Assembly: GCA_963784765.1 (NCBI GenBank)
Contig: CAWASP010000021.1
Span: 7,645-71,644, forward strand
Length of the DNA stretch: 64,000 nt
From: an uncultured Thermoleophilia bacterium
Lineage (GTDB): Bacteria; Actinomycetota; Thermoleophilia; Gaiellales; Gaiellaceae
Direction of reading: 5' to 3'
Part shown: piece after piece, positions 62,788-64,000 of the stretch
How positions within the stretch are numbered: the stretch's first letter is position 1
How the letters are laid out: each line of letters starts with the position of its first letter
Program-made: the position numbers and the translations under genes
Notes under the pieces: model-generated
What the model saw: the letters and a program-made list of their open reading frames with translations, nothing else
The model's database searches: none
Told to the model about the DNA's origin: nothing

Positions 62788-63777
62788 CTACGCGCGGCGC
62801 CCGGACTTCAGGGCGACGAGCCCGGCGCGAGACTTGTGGGTCTTGTCCTCGTACATCGAGCGGTCGGCGAGCCGCAGCAGCTCGTCGATCGACCCGGGCG
62901 TCCTGGCGTCGACCTCGCACGCGCCGATCGAGACCGAGAGCGGGAAGGGGAACGAGTGCTCCTTCCTCGCGGCGGCCGTACCCGTCGTGATCCGGTCGGC
63001 GACCTTCGCGACCGACTCTCCTGCCCGGTCGAAGAGCAGGACGCAGAACTCGTCGCCTCCGATGCGCGCCGCGATGTCGCTCTCCCTGACCGAGTCGCGG
63101 ATCACACTCGCGATCGCCCGCAGGGCGTCGTCGCCGGCGCCGTGGCCGCTCATGTCGTTGATCTGCTTGAGCCCGTCGAGGTCGAGGAAGAGCAGCGCCA
63201 CCGAGGTGCCGTCGCGGCGAGCCCGGTAGAGCGCCTGCTCGCCGAGGGTCTGGAGCCCGCGCCGGTTCTTCAGACCGGTCAGCTCGTCCACGAGCGTCAA
63301 GCGCTCGAGCCGCTCGGCCTGCTCCCCCAACTGCGCGGCCTGGTCGGCGAGACGATGCTCGGTCCGCTTCTTCTCGGTGATGTCTCGTGAGATCCCGAAC
63401 AGGCCGACGATCCGGCCGCCCCGGTCGCGCAGCGGGACCTTCGTGGTCGAGACCCAGGCCTCCCTTCCGTCGGCCCACGTCTCGCGCTCCTCGATCCCGA
63501 CGAGCGGCTCTCCCGTCTGCAGCAGACGCTGGTCGTCGGCGAACGCCTTCCGCGCATGCTCGTCCGAGAAGAAGTCGAAGTCGGTCTTGCCGATCGCCTC
63601 CGCAGGGTCCTCGAGCCCCCACCGGCGCGCCAGCGTGTGGCTGATCCGGACGAACCTGCTCCGCACGTCCTTGACGTAGATCTGGTCGGGCATGTGCTCG
63701 AGCAGCGTGTCCAGGAGGTAGCGGTCGTCCCGCAGCTCCTCCGGCCCGAACGGGAACGGGCGCACGGTGTCGTCCAT
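62788..63777 (-). CDS. PAS-GGDEF diguanylate cyclase
   Basis: 329-aa ORF. It has a PAS region (LLEHMPDQIYVKD...GLFGISRDITEKK) and a GGDEF domain with an I-site (RESDIAARIGGDEF). Confidence 0.9.
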   Translation of the reverse strand: MDDTVRPFPFGPEELRDDRYLLDTLLEHMPDQIYVKDVRSRFVRISHTLARRWGLEDPAEAIGKTDFDFFSDEHARKAFADDQRLLQTGEPLVGIEERETWADGREAWVSTTKVPLRDRGGRIVGLFGISRDITEKKRTEHRLADQAAQLGEQAERLERLTLVDELTGLKNRRGLQTLGEQALYRARRDGTSVALLFLDLDGLKQINDMSGHGAGDDALRAIASVIRDSVRESDIAARIGGDEFCVLLFDRAGESVAKVADRITTGTAAARKEHSFPFPLSVSIGACEVDARTPGSIDELLRLADRSMYEDKTHKSRAGLVALKSGRRA

Positions 63778-63856
63778 CTTCTGTAGATCGGCCGGGGAAG
63801 CGACCCGCGAATCACCCTGCCGGGGGAGGTCGAGCCGCCGGGAAACCCGGCGGAGA

Positions 63857-63929
63857 AGCGGGAGACGGGGCTCGAACCCGCGACCCTCAGCTTGGGAAGC
63901 TGATGCTCTACCAACTGAGCTACTCCCGC
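63857..63929 (-). tRNA. tRNA-Gly (anticodon CCC)
   Basis: Manual cloverleaf on the minus strand: GCGGGAG-UA-GCUC-AGUUGGUA-GAGC-A-UCAGC-UUCCCAA-GCUGA-GGGUC-GCGGG-UUCGAGC-CCCGU-CUCCCGC-U. It is 73 nt and CCA is not encoded. Confidence 0.93.
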
Positions 63930-64000
63930 GTGGCGCGCCCAGTCTAGCTCCGCGAGACGGCTCGTCTACGCGACGGTCACCCCGGCGGCGAGGTAGACGT

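Noticed and set aside
63966-64000. Possible 3-prime end of a minus-strand gene (...VYLAAGVTVA-stop) at the window edge.
   Set aside because: Only 11 codons are visible, which is too short to support a call.

Overview
By eye this is a very GC-rich bacterial chromosome segment (no GC value computed). Gene content and order look like Actinomycetota, possibly a deep-branching lineage, given mihF, the pnp-M16-dapB linkage and the rimP-nusA-ylxR-infB-DUF503-rbfA-nrnA-truB-ribF block. About half the window is core housekeeping. On the minus strand: dapB (fragment), M16 peptidase, GNAT, pnp, rpsO; the rimP-to-ribF translation operon; dtd; coaBC-rpoZ-gmk-mihF; and a pyrimidine operon pyrR-pyrB-pyrC-carA-carB-pyrK-pyrD with a recognisable PyrR RNA operator. 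Other calls are an M29 aminopeptidase, RNase Z, tRNA-Arg(CCG) and tRNA-Gly(CCC). Five parts deserve a second look. (1) An 82-aa coiled-coil protein carries two copies of the RsiG-type c-di-GMP-binding signature and sits divergent from a membrane GGDEF/HD-GYP enzyme. (2) An 11-gene, 14-kb translationally coupled plus-strand operon (41846-56114) encodes two PLP enzymes, a second ATCase paralogue, two molybdenum hydroxylases, an SsnA-like amidohydrolase, an LLM oxidoreductase, a YgeW-like carbamoyltransferase and carbamate kinase. It is preceded by a ~400-nt structured non-coding leader and lies convergent with a BMP-family ABC importer. It resembles, but differs clearly from, the E. coli ygeW-xdhD N-heterocycle/purine catabolic region. 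(3) A small LysM membrane protein has a consensus promoter carrying two tandem LexA (Cheo) boxes, making it a YneA/ChiZ-like SOS division-inhibitor candidate. (4) A DevS/DevR-like GAF-GAF two-component operon starts with a small Cys/His protein. (5) A gamma-glutamyltransferase gene shows an apparent 1-nt frameshift. I saw no CRISPR array, transposase, integrase or rRNA. Most long ORFs in the six-frame track are Arg/Pro/Ala-rich alternative-frame artefacts of the high GC content.
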